Made by a program: the position numbers and the translations under genes. The notes under the pieces were generated by a model that was not told the origin of the DNA, did no database searches, and was given only the letters and a program-made list of their open reading frames with translations. A stretch of 32,000 nt of DNA from Promethearchaeum syntrophicum (GTDB lineage Archaea; Asgardarchaeota; Lokiarchaeia; Sigyniarchaeales; Promethearchaeaceae). This document shows, piece by piece, positions 1-7,740 of the stretch. Position 1 is the first letter of the stretch. Each line of letters begins with the position of its first letter. The DNA lies in assembly GCF_008000775.2 (NCBI RefSeq), contig NZ_CP042905.2, positions 3,210,001-3,242,000 of the forward strand. The letters are read 5' to 3'.

Positions 1-33
1 AATATAATAATAATTTCAATTTTTTTTTTCAAA

Positions 34-1779
34 TTATTTAGTTGATTCTTTATTTCTTTCAATATTATAGCGACCGCGTAATTCTATTTGGTTTATTCTT
101 GAAATTATAGCTTGAATTTCATTTTGATCTGAATTTTCGAATTTAGAGTAACCCAGAATAAATTGATCGTAGAGAAATGGAAAATATTTGCCATGAGTAC
201 TACTGATAACTCGCTTGAATAAATGCAAATCCATAGCTTTCTCTTCAATTCCAATATCGCTCTCCGCTAAACCAAAATCTATGAAAAATAATTCACCCTT
301 TTGGGTATAAATTATATTGGATGTAGTCAAATCTCCATGCATACGCATTGTTTGATGGATTTTTGCTAACCAATATCCAATTTCTCGAAATATTTTCTCT
401 AATTCTTTATTTGATAAATCAGGAATCACATCTTTTAATCTAGATCCCTTTATGTATTGCATCACAATTAATCCCTTATTGGGATTGATTTCAAATATCG
501 ATGGAACTGGGATTCCACATTTGAATAATTCAATTAAAGTTCGCCCCTCTTTAATTGTGCGTGAATATCGTAGGTTACTATCAATTTCACTAATTCTGTA
601 TTCTTTTGAAAGTCGATACTTAATTAAAACATCGCGATTAAACCATTTAGAATGAATTAAAACAGCTTCTGCCCCACGTCGTATGATTTCGCCTGTAAAA
701 TTGAACTCTTGTAAAATAGTTTGCTCAGACTTTTTTAGTTCAATTATAGGTTTCTCTTTTTTAGATTCATTAACTTTATCTTTCAGACTATTACGCCAAG
801 GAATAGGTACCTCATCCATTCTCCACTTAGGTAAGATTTTAGTTTCAGAAATTTCGGTTTTTTTTGATGTTTTATATTGTAAGATACCTGTCCAAGCAAT
901 CATTGCTCCATTATCGCCTGCATATTTTAGGGGGACAACATGAAATTCAATCTTATGCTCATCGCTTATATTTGAAATCATTTCCTGTAATCTTTTATTT
1001 GCTGCGACGCCTCCAGTTACTAAAACCGAATTTTTCTCAGTATGCGCGATTGCCCGTTCTGAAACTTCAGCTAACATTGAATATGAAGTCTCTTGAAGAG
1101 AATAGAACAGATCGGCTTGATTTTTTTTACTAGTTTCTTCTTTTGACTTTTTCCAGATTGCAGTATAAAGTCCAGAAAATGACAGATCCATCCCTTTGAC
1201 GATATATGGAAGATTAATATAATTTGTTCCATATTTTGCAATTTCTTCGATTTTTGGACCCCCCGGATGAGGAATGCCATAATCTCGGGCAACCATATCG
1301 ATCATATTGCCAATTGCCAAATCTAAAGTTTCTCCAAAAATCTGATACATACCCGAATCAAAAGCACTTATTATTGTATTTCCTCCTGAAACATAAACCG
1401 TAACAGGATCATATACATTACATAAGAGTCGTCCAATTTCTACATGGGCGATACAATGATTTACTCCAACTATAGGAATGTTTAACTGCAATGATAGAGA
1501 ACGGGAGATTGCTGCTCCAACACGTAGACAAGGTCCTAACCCAGGTCCTTGACTGAAAGCAATGAGGTCTAAATCGGAAAATTCAATATTTGCTTTTGAA
1601 ATGGCTTGTTTTAAAACTGTATCAAAAACCGTGTAATGATGTTCGACAACATCAACCGGTTTTAAGCCTCCCGTTTGGGGTTTAAATGCATCTGAGATGA
1701 GGCTTAAAATTTTCCCCTCATCATTCACTATCCCAACGCTAAATGTATGTGCTGTTGATTCAATTCCCAAACAAAGCAT
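34..1779 (-). CDS. kae1: Kae1-Bud32 fusion protein (tRNA t6A threonylcarbamoyltransferase Kae1 fused to a Bud32/PRPK-type kinase/ATPase)
   Basis: The N-terminal ~330 aa carry Kae1/OSGEP/TsaD hallmarks: LGIESTAHTFSVGIV at the N terminus, the metal-site motif HCIAHVEIG, and GGVAANKRL. The C-terminal ~210 aa form a RIO-like Bud32 kinase: RGAEAVL, catalytic HGDLTTSNII, and IDFGLA. The start is placed at the ATG at 1779, where MLCLGIES matches the usual Kae1 N terminus and GAGGA lies 6 nt upstream. The longest ORF extends to 1809. Confidence 0.95.
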   Translation of the reverse strand: MLCLGIESTAHTFSVGIVNDEGKILSLISDAFKPQTGGLKPVDVVEHHYTVFDTVLKQAISKANIEFSDLDLIAFSQGPGLGPCLRVGAAISRSLSLQLNIPIVGVNHCIAHVEIGRLLCNVYDPVTVYVSGGNTIISAFDSGMYQIFGETLDLAIGNMIDMVARDYGIPHPGGPKIEEIAKYGTNYINLPYIVKGMDLSFSGLYTAIWKKSKEETSKKNQADLFYSLQETSYSMLAEVSERAIAHTEKNSVLVTGGVAANKRLQEMISNISDEHKIEFHVVPLKYAGDNGAMIAWTGILQYKTSKKTEISETKILPKWRMDEVPIPWRNSLKDKVNESKKEKPIIELKKSEQTILQEFNFTGEIIRRGAEAVLIHSKWFNRDVLIKYRLSKEYRISEIDSNLRYSRTIKEGRTLIELFKCGIPVPSIFEINPNKGLIVMQYIKGSRLKDVIPDLSNKELEKIFREIGYWLAKIHQTMRMHGDLTTSNIIYTQKGELFFIDFGLAESDIGIEEKAMDLHLFKRVISSTHGKYFPFLYDQFILGYSKFENSDQNEIQAIISRINQIELRGRYNIERNKESTK

Positions 1780-1832
1780 AAAAAATCCTCTTACTCCCCA
1801 AAATCCCATTTACTTAAATAATTATATCTAAG

Positions 1833-1840
1833 AAAAAAAA
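1833..1840 (-). terminator. Oligo-T (T8) tract downstream of rps27ae
   Basis: A8 on the + strand reads as T8 on the - strand, about 19-26 nt past the rps27ae stop codon. Oligo-T is the established archaeal termination signal. The evidence is weak because the background is AT-rich. Confidence 0.35.
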
Positions 1841-1858
1841 TAGAAATCAATATTAATT

Positions 1859-2107
1859 TTAGCGCGCTTTATGTTTCGCCGGAATTACTTTTCCAGTCTT
1901 TTTGAACATCGTATACCCACATCGGCCACAATGCTGACGATCGTAGTGATCAGCCATAAAATTACCTGGTCCACATTTAGGACAAGTTTCTCGTGATCGA
2001 ACAATTTTTCCTCCCTCAATAACCCACAATGGACCTTTATTTCTATTTCTTGGAGGTTTTTGTTGTTTAGCTTTTGTTTTTACTTTCCGTTTTGCTCCTC
2101 TTGCCAT
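1859..2107 (-). CDS. rps27ae: 30S ribosomal protein S27ae (eS31)
   Basis: Zinc ribbon [25 protein letters not shown] is typical of S27ae. The context TAG-AAGGTG-TAAGAT-ATG places an SD-like box 6 nt upstream, directly after the rps24e stop, so the two genes look operonic. Confidence 0.93.
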   Translation of the reverse strand: MARGAKRKVKTKAKQQKPPRNRNKGPLWVIEGGKIVRSRETCPKCGPGNFMADHYDRQHCGRCGYTMFKKTGKVIPAKHKAR

Positions 2108-2119
2108 ATCTTACACCTT

Positions 2120-2473
2120 CTATTTCTTCTTCTTTTTCTTCTTGGATTTCGCTTCTTTCCAAGCATCATCCCTTTTCTCCTTAGGAATATTCCGGATCTG
2201 GGAGTATTTAGGTTCTAATTTTTGAGCAGTTTCTTCATCTTCATAAATAATTGCAAGTCCTATGACAGAAGGTCGACCAAAATGTGTCTTCATTGTTCGT
2301 AAGAACGTAAGTTCCGTTTTTGCAGATTGAAGCGCAGCCAACTTATCTCTTACTTCGATTCTATTTGGAGAGCCCATTCCTAAATGCTCAATCTCAAATT
2401 TAATTTCTGTACGATGTAAAATCGGGTTGTCTTCAACAGAGATTATATTAATATTTACCAATTTTTTATTCAC
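2120..2473 (-). CDS. rps24e: 30S ribosomal protein S24e (eS24)
   Basis: Matches the eS24 family along its full length: NPILHRTEIKFEIEH, RIEVRDKLAAL, THFGRPSVIGLAIIYEDEE, LEPKY. The ORF track uses a GTG start at 2473. An alternative TTG at 2461 sits 8 nt after GGTGA. The protein ends in a run of seven Lys. Confidence 0.92.
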   Translation of the reverse strand: MNKKLVNINIISVEDNPILHRTEIKFEIEHLGMGSPNRIEVRDKLAALQSAKTELTFLRTMKTHFGRPSVIGLAIIYEDEETAQKLEPKYSQIRNIPKEKRDDAWKEAKSKKKKKKK

Positions 2474-2474
2474 C

Positions 2475-2518
2475 AGATCAATCTAGTAACCTCTTGGAGG
2501 CGACCTTCAATTTGATCT
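2475..2518 (-). other. Inverted repeat / GC-rich patch in the rps24e upstream spacer
   Basis: AGATCAA (2475-2481) pairs with TTGATCT (2512-2518). This encloses a nested CCTC-TTG-GAGG hairpin at 2490-2500. On the transcribed strand the patch reads GAAGGTCGCCTCCAAGAGGT, i.e. SD-like and anti-SD-like sequences. Confidence 0.3.
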
Positions 2519-2561
2519 AACTCTATAAAACCTAGGATAATAGAAAAAATTTGTGATTTTA

Positions 2562-3161
2562 TTAATTTATATCTGAAACGCGTCCCATTTGTTCAAAAAG
2601 TTTCTCTACTCTTTGTTTTACTTCATAATTATTATAAATAACGACACATCCCGCTGGAATCGGGGGATTTATGTCAGTGATTGGAGGTTGACCGTAAAAT
2701 ATGAAAGTATTTTTAGATTTAAGAATTGCTGGGATCACAAGTAAATCCTCTTCTCCATCAATAACAACTAAATAATGATTATTATCATCAATGGTTTCTG
2801 AAATAAATTCGAAAATTTCTTCATTAATAAAGCCAGCGGGATTTTTAAAGGTTTTATTTATCAGTGATTCAATTTCAGGAAATAAAAAACGGTTTTTTCC
2901 TCGCTGAGTTTCCCCATCGATAAATAAATATTTCACTAAAGGACTCAGAAAATGATCCTGAACGATTGATTTTGAAACAATATCTCCCACACCTATGACT
3001 AAAAGCGGTTTTTCTAGGCTCGAAACCTTCAACAAGTCACTGAATTGATCTTTCATCCATTTAATCGCTTTTGGGAAGGATTTACCTGGATCTCCCTTAA
3101 ATAATTTACCTAATGGCTTTGAAAATTCTTTTCGCATAGAAGGGTTTAGTTTGTAAAACAT
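2562..3161 (-). CDS. DUF359 family protein (archaeal GTP-dependent dephospho-CoA kinase family)
   Basis: Family motifs are present: VIGVGDIVS, IDGETQRG, DGEEDLLVIPAIL, YGQP. It occupies the conserved position immediately upstream of rps24e-rps27ae seen in many archaea. Confidence 0.8.
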   Translation of the reverse strand: MFYKLNPSMRKEFSKPLGKLFKGDPGKSFPKAIKWMKDQFSDLLKVSSLEKPLLVIGVGDIVSKSIVQDHFLSPLVKYLFIDGETQRGKNRFLFPEIESLINKTFKNPAGFINEEIFEFISETIDDNNHYLVVIDGEEDLLVIPAILKSKNTFIFYGQPPITDINPPIPAGCVVIYNNYEVKQRVEKLFEQMGRVSDIN

Positions 3162-3214
3162 GAGGTATACAAAAAAAAGAAAAAAAATTCACATTTGAAT
3201 TTTTGCTTAAAGTA

Positions 3215-3538
3215 TTAATATAAACGGTACATCGTTTCTAAGCTATTTTCTATTATATTCATTGTCCGGTTTAGTTTTTTCTCTGAAAATATTATAGGTC
3301 TTAGAAAATCTCTAATAGTACTTTCGATTTTTTTTATTTCATTCAATCGCATATTAGGGGATGCTGTAAATAAAGTCAAGACATCGTTTTGTTTATTGTA
3401 ATTTATTAGAGCTTGTTCTGTGTATTTTCTAGCTAATTCTGGGCTTATCCTTCCTTTTTCAGAAATTAATTCAACCATTTTATTGAATTCCTTCAAGCGG
3501 TATTCATGAGAGATAAATTTGTTTACACTACCTTCCAT
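3215..3538 (-). CDS. Hypothetical small helical protein (107 aa)
   Basis: A perfect GGTGAT Shine-Dalgarno box lies 6 nt upstream of the ATG at 3538. The composition is protein-like. I recognise no family. Confidence 0.55.
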   Translation of the reverse strand: MEGSVNKFISHEYRLKEFNKMVELISEKGRISPELARKYTEQALINYNKQNDVLTLFTASPNMRLNEIKKIESTIRDFLRPIIFSEKKLNRTMNIIENSLETMYRLY

Positions 3539-3592
3539 AATAAAATCACCGTTACAATAAGGAAAATTCTATATCAAAAATGTTTCGAATTC

Positions 3593-3601
3593 AAAAAAAA
3601 A
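3593..3601 (-). terminator. Oligo-T (T9) tract downstream of the SBBP-repeat gene
   Basis: A9 on the + strand reads as T9 on the - strand, about 15 nt past the stop at 3616. Confidence 0.4.
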
Positions 3602-3615
3602 TAAGAAAAGTTAAA

Positions 3616-5232
3616 TTAAATTGATTTTCGCTTCTTATTCAATATAAAAGACACAGTTCCTATAATGGGCAACAAGGTAAATTCCCAACTTCCAGAAATT
3701 GTTGGATTTGGATTATTGATTCTTAGTTCTGGATTTAAGAACATTTTCATTATAGCCATATCGTAATCAGTGCTTCCAGTTTTATTTGCCATAAATGCAT
3801 TCGATAAAGGCAAATCAGAGGATGAAGATACCCCTAAAAGTAAAATTTCATTATTAGGTAAAAGACATAATCCACGTCCGATATCATCTCCGGAACCACC
3901 AAAACAATTGGAATAAATTATCTTAAAATTATTGTTAAGAACCATTAAAACCATGTCATTTCCATCAGAAAAATCGCGAAAAGATTTTTCAAGGGGAAAA
4001 TCTTTTGAAGCTTGAGCCACTCCGGCCAGATAAATATAATCTCCCTTTATTTCAATGCCATATGCAATATCGTCTTCAGATCCTCCATAAAAACCCATAA
4101 AAGGCATATTTTGGCCATCTGCAGTGAGTTGAAACACCCATAATTCCTTATTTCCTTTACCTTTATCGATCGTGGTTTGAGATATATCACCATAATTTCT
4201 CTCATTAGATTCCCCACAAACAAATATCTCATCATCTTGATTGACAGCTACTCCATAAGGGCGATCTGCTCCATCAGAGCCAACCATTGTAGAGAAAACT
4301 AAAGTATTGGAATTATCGACTTTCACAACGATAGCGTCTATTCCTATCATTTTACTATCTTGAATGGCATTTTCTGTTGGGAAATTTAAGGACATAGTTC
4401 CACCTGAAATAATAATGCAATCTTCTGAATCATAAACTATATCGACTCCCCAATCATTACTCGTGCTACCCCAGAATGTGCTAAATAGAAGTGTTTGACC
4501 GTCAGGGCTGAATTCTGAGATGTAAGCTGAAACTCCCCCAATATTGCTTGATTGTATCTCATTCATCAAAGGTAAATCAGTAGAATATGTACTACCAGTG
4601 ATAGCAATGTTATTTTCTGAATCAACATCAAGAGCGTAACCCCAATCTGAATAGGATCCACCAAAATAAGTCGAAAATATTATTTCATTTGTTTCCCCAT
4701 CAATTTTTAAGAGCACAATGTCTAGCGTGCCTCCTTTTTTTGATCCTTGATAAGGATTAACTGTAGGAAAATCTAAAGAGCTAGAAGAACCCACAACTAC
4801 TATATCATCATTACTGTCTACCACAACATCGGTAGCCCAATCATCTTGTGAACCTCCAAAATATGTAGAAAATAGTAATGTCTGACCGTCATTCGAAAAT
4901 TTTGAAATGACCATATCAACATTGCCTGCACTTTCATTATACAATGCATTTTCAATCGGGTAATCATCCGATCCAGAACGACCTGCGACTATAATGTTTC
5001 CCGCAGAATCATATGCTACGTTAATTTCTGCAAGATCATTAGTATTCTGGTTTAATTCATCTCCAGAGCCTCCAATATATGTTGAAAAGATTTCAGTTGG
5101 ATTTTCATATACTGGGGTTGTCGCTACCGCTATTGGGGAGAATAATACTAACGAAATAAATAAAGTCATTATACTAAAAAAACGTATTAATCGATTTATT
5201 TCCAGATTTTTTTTATTGACTAACATTTTCAA
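3616..5232 (-). CDS. Secreted/surface protein with seven SBBP-type beta-propeller repeats and a C-terminal membrane anchor
   Basis: Seven repeats of ~55-60 aa are each seeded by FSTY(I/F)GGSxxD. Variants include FSTFWGSTSND, FSTMVGSDGAD, FMGFYGGSEDD and YSNCFGGSGDD. Each is followed by (V/I)D..(N/D)I...G.(S/T).S.(D/N)(F/L)P..N, the SBBP (PF06739-like) pattern. The N terminus has a hydrophobic signal/anchor (FFSIMTLFISLVLFSPIAVA). The C terminus has a hydrophobic helix followed by KKRKS. Confidence 0.8.
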   Translation of the reverse strand: MKMLVNKKNLEINRLIRFFSIMTLFISLVLFSPIAVATTPVYENPTEIFSTYIGGSGDELNQNTNDLAEINVAYDSAGNIIVAGRSGSDDYPIENALYNESAGNVDMVISKFSNDGQTLLFSTYFGGSQDDWATDVVVDSNDDIVVVGSSSSLDFPTVNPYQGSKKGGTLDIVLLKIDGETNEIIFSTYFGGSYSDWGYALDVDSENNIAITGSTYSTDLPLMNEIQSSNIGGVSAYISEFSPDGQTLLFSTFWGSTSNDWGVDIVYDSEDCIIISGGTMSLNFPTENAIQDSKMIGIDAIVVKVDNSNTLVFSTMVGSDGADRPYGVAVNQDDEIFVCGESNERNYGDISQTTIDKGKGNKELWVFQLTADGQNMPFMGFYGGSEDDIAYGIEIKGDYIYLAGVAQASKDFPLEKSFRDFSDGNDMVLMVLNNNFKIIYSNCFGGSGDDIGRGLCLLPNNEILLLGVSSSSDLPLSNAFMANKTGSTDYDMAIMKMFLNPELRINNPNPTISGSWEFTLLPIIGTVSFILNKKRKSI

Positions 5233-5494
5233 ATTTCATCATCTCAAACATTTAATTTATGCAATTAAAATGTATTTAATCGTAATTAATCAAAGTTTAT
5301 AATTATTTTGAAATTAATTTTTTTAAAAAACTATACTAATGGGTTTTATATTATTTTTCATTTTTCTTATGTAAAATCAATTATAATTGGTTTAAAGTTA
5401 GTATTAAGATTTTGGTATTAAAAATTTTTTTTAAAAAAATAATTTATATCATTTCAAAAAATTTAAAAAATAAGACGAAATTAATTAATTAGGT

Positions 5495-6559
5495 ATGATC
5501 CTTTCTTACCAAGAAGAACTTCAAATCAAATATCAGAAAATTAAAAAATTTATAAAAGAACTCTCGAATTTAAATGGAAGAAAAGAAAAATTAATGGAAA
5601 TTTATTTTTGGTTAATTACTTATCCCTATTTGACCCAAGCTGAACTTCAAATTTTAACTGGCTATTCTTTAGGAACGATATCAGAATCTCTTAAATCTTT
5701 ATTAGTTGTGAGTAGCGTTAAATTAAGAACTCGAAAAAACACTTCAGAATCTGAATATTATTTGACGTATACGAAAACCAGCTTAGATTATACATTATCT
5801 TCACGCAGTAAGTCTGTGGTAGTTAACATTTGTGAATTCATGGAGAATCTTTTAACAAGTATGAAAAAACATAATACAACAAAAAATGATTTATTAATGC
5901 TTGAAAATCTTCAAGATTTTAACCATTATTACCTATGGGTTAAACAATCTATTGCAGGTGAGGAAAACTCATATAATCCCTTTTCACTTGAAAAAAAACA
6001 AGAACGGATTTTAAATCCCGATTTTTCACCTCAATATGAACGTTTTGAGAAAAATTTCATCGATTTTTTTGTAAAACAGCAAATATTTGAAGAGATGACA
6101 GAAAAAAATTCAATAGTCTTGGGTTTTTTTATCACAAGGGGAAATTTGACTATTTCAATGATCTCTAAACTAGTCCCTTTTTCTATAGGAACGGTGTCAA
6201 ATTGTGTCCATTACTTAGAATCTCTACATTTTATACAAAAAAATGATGGAAAATATGGCTATAACCTTTATTCTTTTGGTGTGGGTTGGTTGAATTATCG
6301 AAAATACTACTATGAGCGAATGAGGTTTTGGCAGAAAGATTTCTCCAAAATGAAGATGGAACTAGAAAATTCTCTCCAAGATTATCACTTTATACCCCAA
6401 ATCGGACCTTTTCTAATATTTCTAAACAGACTTCTGAAAACATTAGAAAGAGCCCAAATATATTATAATGAAAATGATAAACTGTGGAAGACTGCTCTTG
6501 AATTCTCTATAAAACATTCTCTTTATTATCCTTCGATCTCAAAGAATAATTTGAATTAA
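5495..6559 (+). CDS. Putative transcription regulator with two winged-helix (MarR/GbsR-like) modules
   Basis: Two internally similar segments each show an HTH signature: LTQAELQILTGYSLGTISESLKSLL and LTISMISKLVPFSIGTVSNCVHYLESLHFIQK. A wing-like segment (GKYGYNLY in the second) and a helical region follow each. The gene is divergent from the SBBP gene. Confidence 0.5.
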   Translation: MILSYQEELQIKYQKIKKFIKELSNLNGRKEKLMEIYFWLITYPYLTQAELQILTGYSLGTISESLKSLLVVSSVKLRTRKNTSESEYYLTYTKTSLDYTLSSRSKSVVVNICEFMENLLTSMKKHNTTKNDLLMLENLQDFNHYYLWVKQSIAGEENSYNPFSLEKKQERILNPDFSPQYERFEKNFIDFFVKQQIFEEMTEKNSIVLGFFITRGNLTISMISKLVPFSIGTVSNCVHYLESLHFIQKNDGKYGYNLYSFGVGWLNYRKYYYERMRFWQKDFSKMKMELENSLQDYHFIPQIGPFLIFLNRLLKTLERAQIYYNENDKLWKTALEFSIKHSLYYPSISKNNLN

Positions 6560-6568
6560 AAAAAAAAG

Positions 6569-7672
6569 TTAACTCATATTCTCTAAACAATAATAAATTC
6601 CAGGAAAAAGATGATAACCTATCCCTAAAATATGGGGAGAAAGTTTTTCTGCGATTTTATTCTGATAAATGTCAATATCGACCTTATGTTTAAATTCCAT
6701 CTTAGCTAAAAATGTCTTTAATTTCATAATTTGAGCTGAAAAGCCGTATTCATCTTTAATTTCACAATTTATCATTATTTTTATATTACTAAAAGGTTGA
6801 GGTGTTTTTTTTATGATCTCGATAATATCATATTCCAACCATTTTTTTCTAATAGATTCATCCATTTTAATTATTTTACCCGCAGTATCTCGCTTGATTG
6901 TGGGAATTAGTCGATCATTATCAGTAATGATTAGATCAGCGGTATCCAAAACATCTTCTACATCCTTTTTCCCGTAATATTCTGCTTTTTTCTTTCCAAA
7001 CGCGAGTTGATATAATGGCATGATCTTTTTTAATTCAAGTAAATCCAGAAAAGAAATCAGTGGACTCAATGCAACCCCTACATTAAATTTCTCAGGAGAC
7101 TTTAAACAAGCCAATAATGTTCCGTAACCTCCCATAGATGCCCCCATTAATGCCCGATTTTTCTTATCGGAAAACGTACGATATTTGGAATCAACAAATT
7201 TAATCAAATCATCAAAAATATAATCATAAAAATTACCTGTAAAAGGTGAATTCAAATAAAACGCTCCTTTCATCGCAGGATTTCCATTGATTTTTAATAC
7301 TCCATTCATATCAGGAATATTCAAACTACATTCTGGCTGCACCAAAATAAATGGCTTAATCTCTTGAGAGTTTATTTTTTTATCAAGATCTTCATATTTA
7401 GGAATAATTCTAAGAATTCTACGTGCAATTGAACGATAAATAAAAGGAATTGCGTTTCTTAGATATTTTTTCGAACCTACAATCAAACTCTTGATATCTT
7501 GTCGATATCCGTGTAATAGATAAATAACTGGGTACCTTTTTTCCTCAGAGTCATAATATCCCGGAGGAAGATAAATCATAAATTGCCTATCTGCCGATAT
7601 TTTTAAAGGGTTTCTTTCCAAACTCTGAGAGTGAAAATTTTCGGTGATATATCGAGGATTTGTCATCTTCAT
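6569..7672 (-). CDS. Alpha/beta-hydrolase, putative esterase family (esterase D-like), paralog 1
   Basis: RYPVIYLLHGY is an oxyanion-region motif and GASMGGYG is a GxSxG nucleophile elbow. A conserved SPH...H lies near the C terminus. The protein is colinear with the neighbouring paralog. Confidence 0.8.
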   Translation of the reverse strand: MKMTNPRYITENFHSQSLERNPLKISADRQFMIYLPPGYYDSEEKRYPVIYLLHGYRQDIKSLIVGSKKYLRNAIPFIYRSIARRILRIIPKYEDLDKKINSQEIKPFILVQPECSLNIPDMNGVLKINGNPAMKGAFYLNSPFTGNFYDYIFDDLIKFVDSKYRTFSDKKNRALMGASMGGYGTLLACLKSPEKFNVGVALSPLISFLDLLELKKIMPLYQLAFGKKKAEYYGKKDVEDVLDTADLIITDNDRLIPTIKRDTAGKIIKMDESIRKKWLEYDIIEIIKKTPQPFSNIKIMINCEIKDEYGFSAQIMKLKTFLAKMEFKHKVDIDIYQNKIAEKLSPHILGIGYHLFPGIYYCLENMS

Positions 7673-7740
7673 CTCTTATTTCTTTACTTCGCAAATAAAT
7701 GTTTTAGAAATGAGAAAAAATTTTTCCAATCAAATTATAA

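Noticed and set aside
452-1292. Several 60-90 aa ORFs (452-655, 683-943, 864-1133, 1071-1292) inside or antisense to the Kae1-Bud32 gene
   Set aside because: They are shadow ORFs within a confidently identified 580-aa gene. They have low-complexity or odd composition and no start signals.
3171-3187. T8-C-T8 tract (- strand) between ORF 3215-3538 and the DUF359 gene, considered as a terminator
   Set aside because: It lies only 10-26 nt upstream of the DUF359 start codon, leaving no room for a separate promoter. It may simply be AT-rich spacer with read-through, so it was not called.
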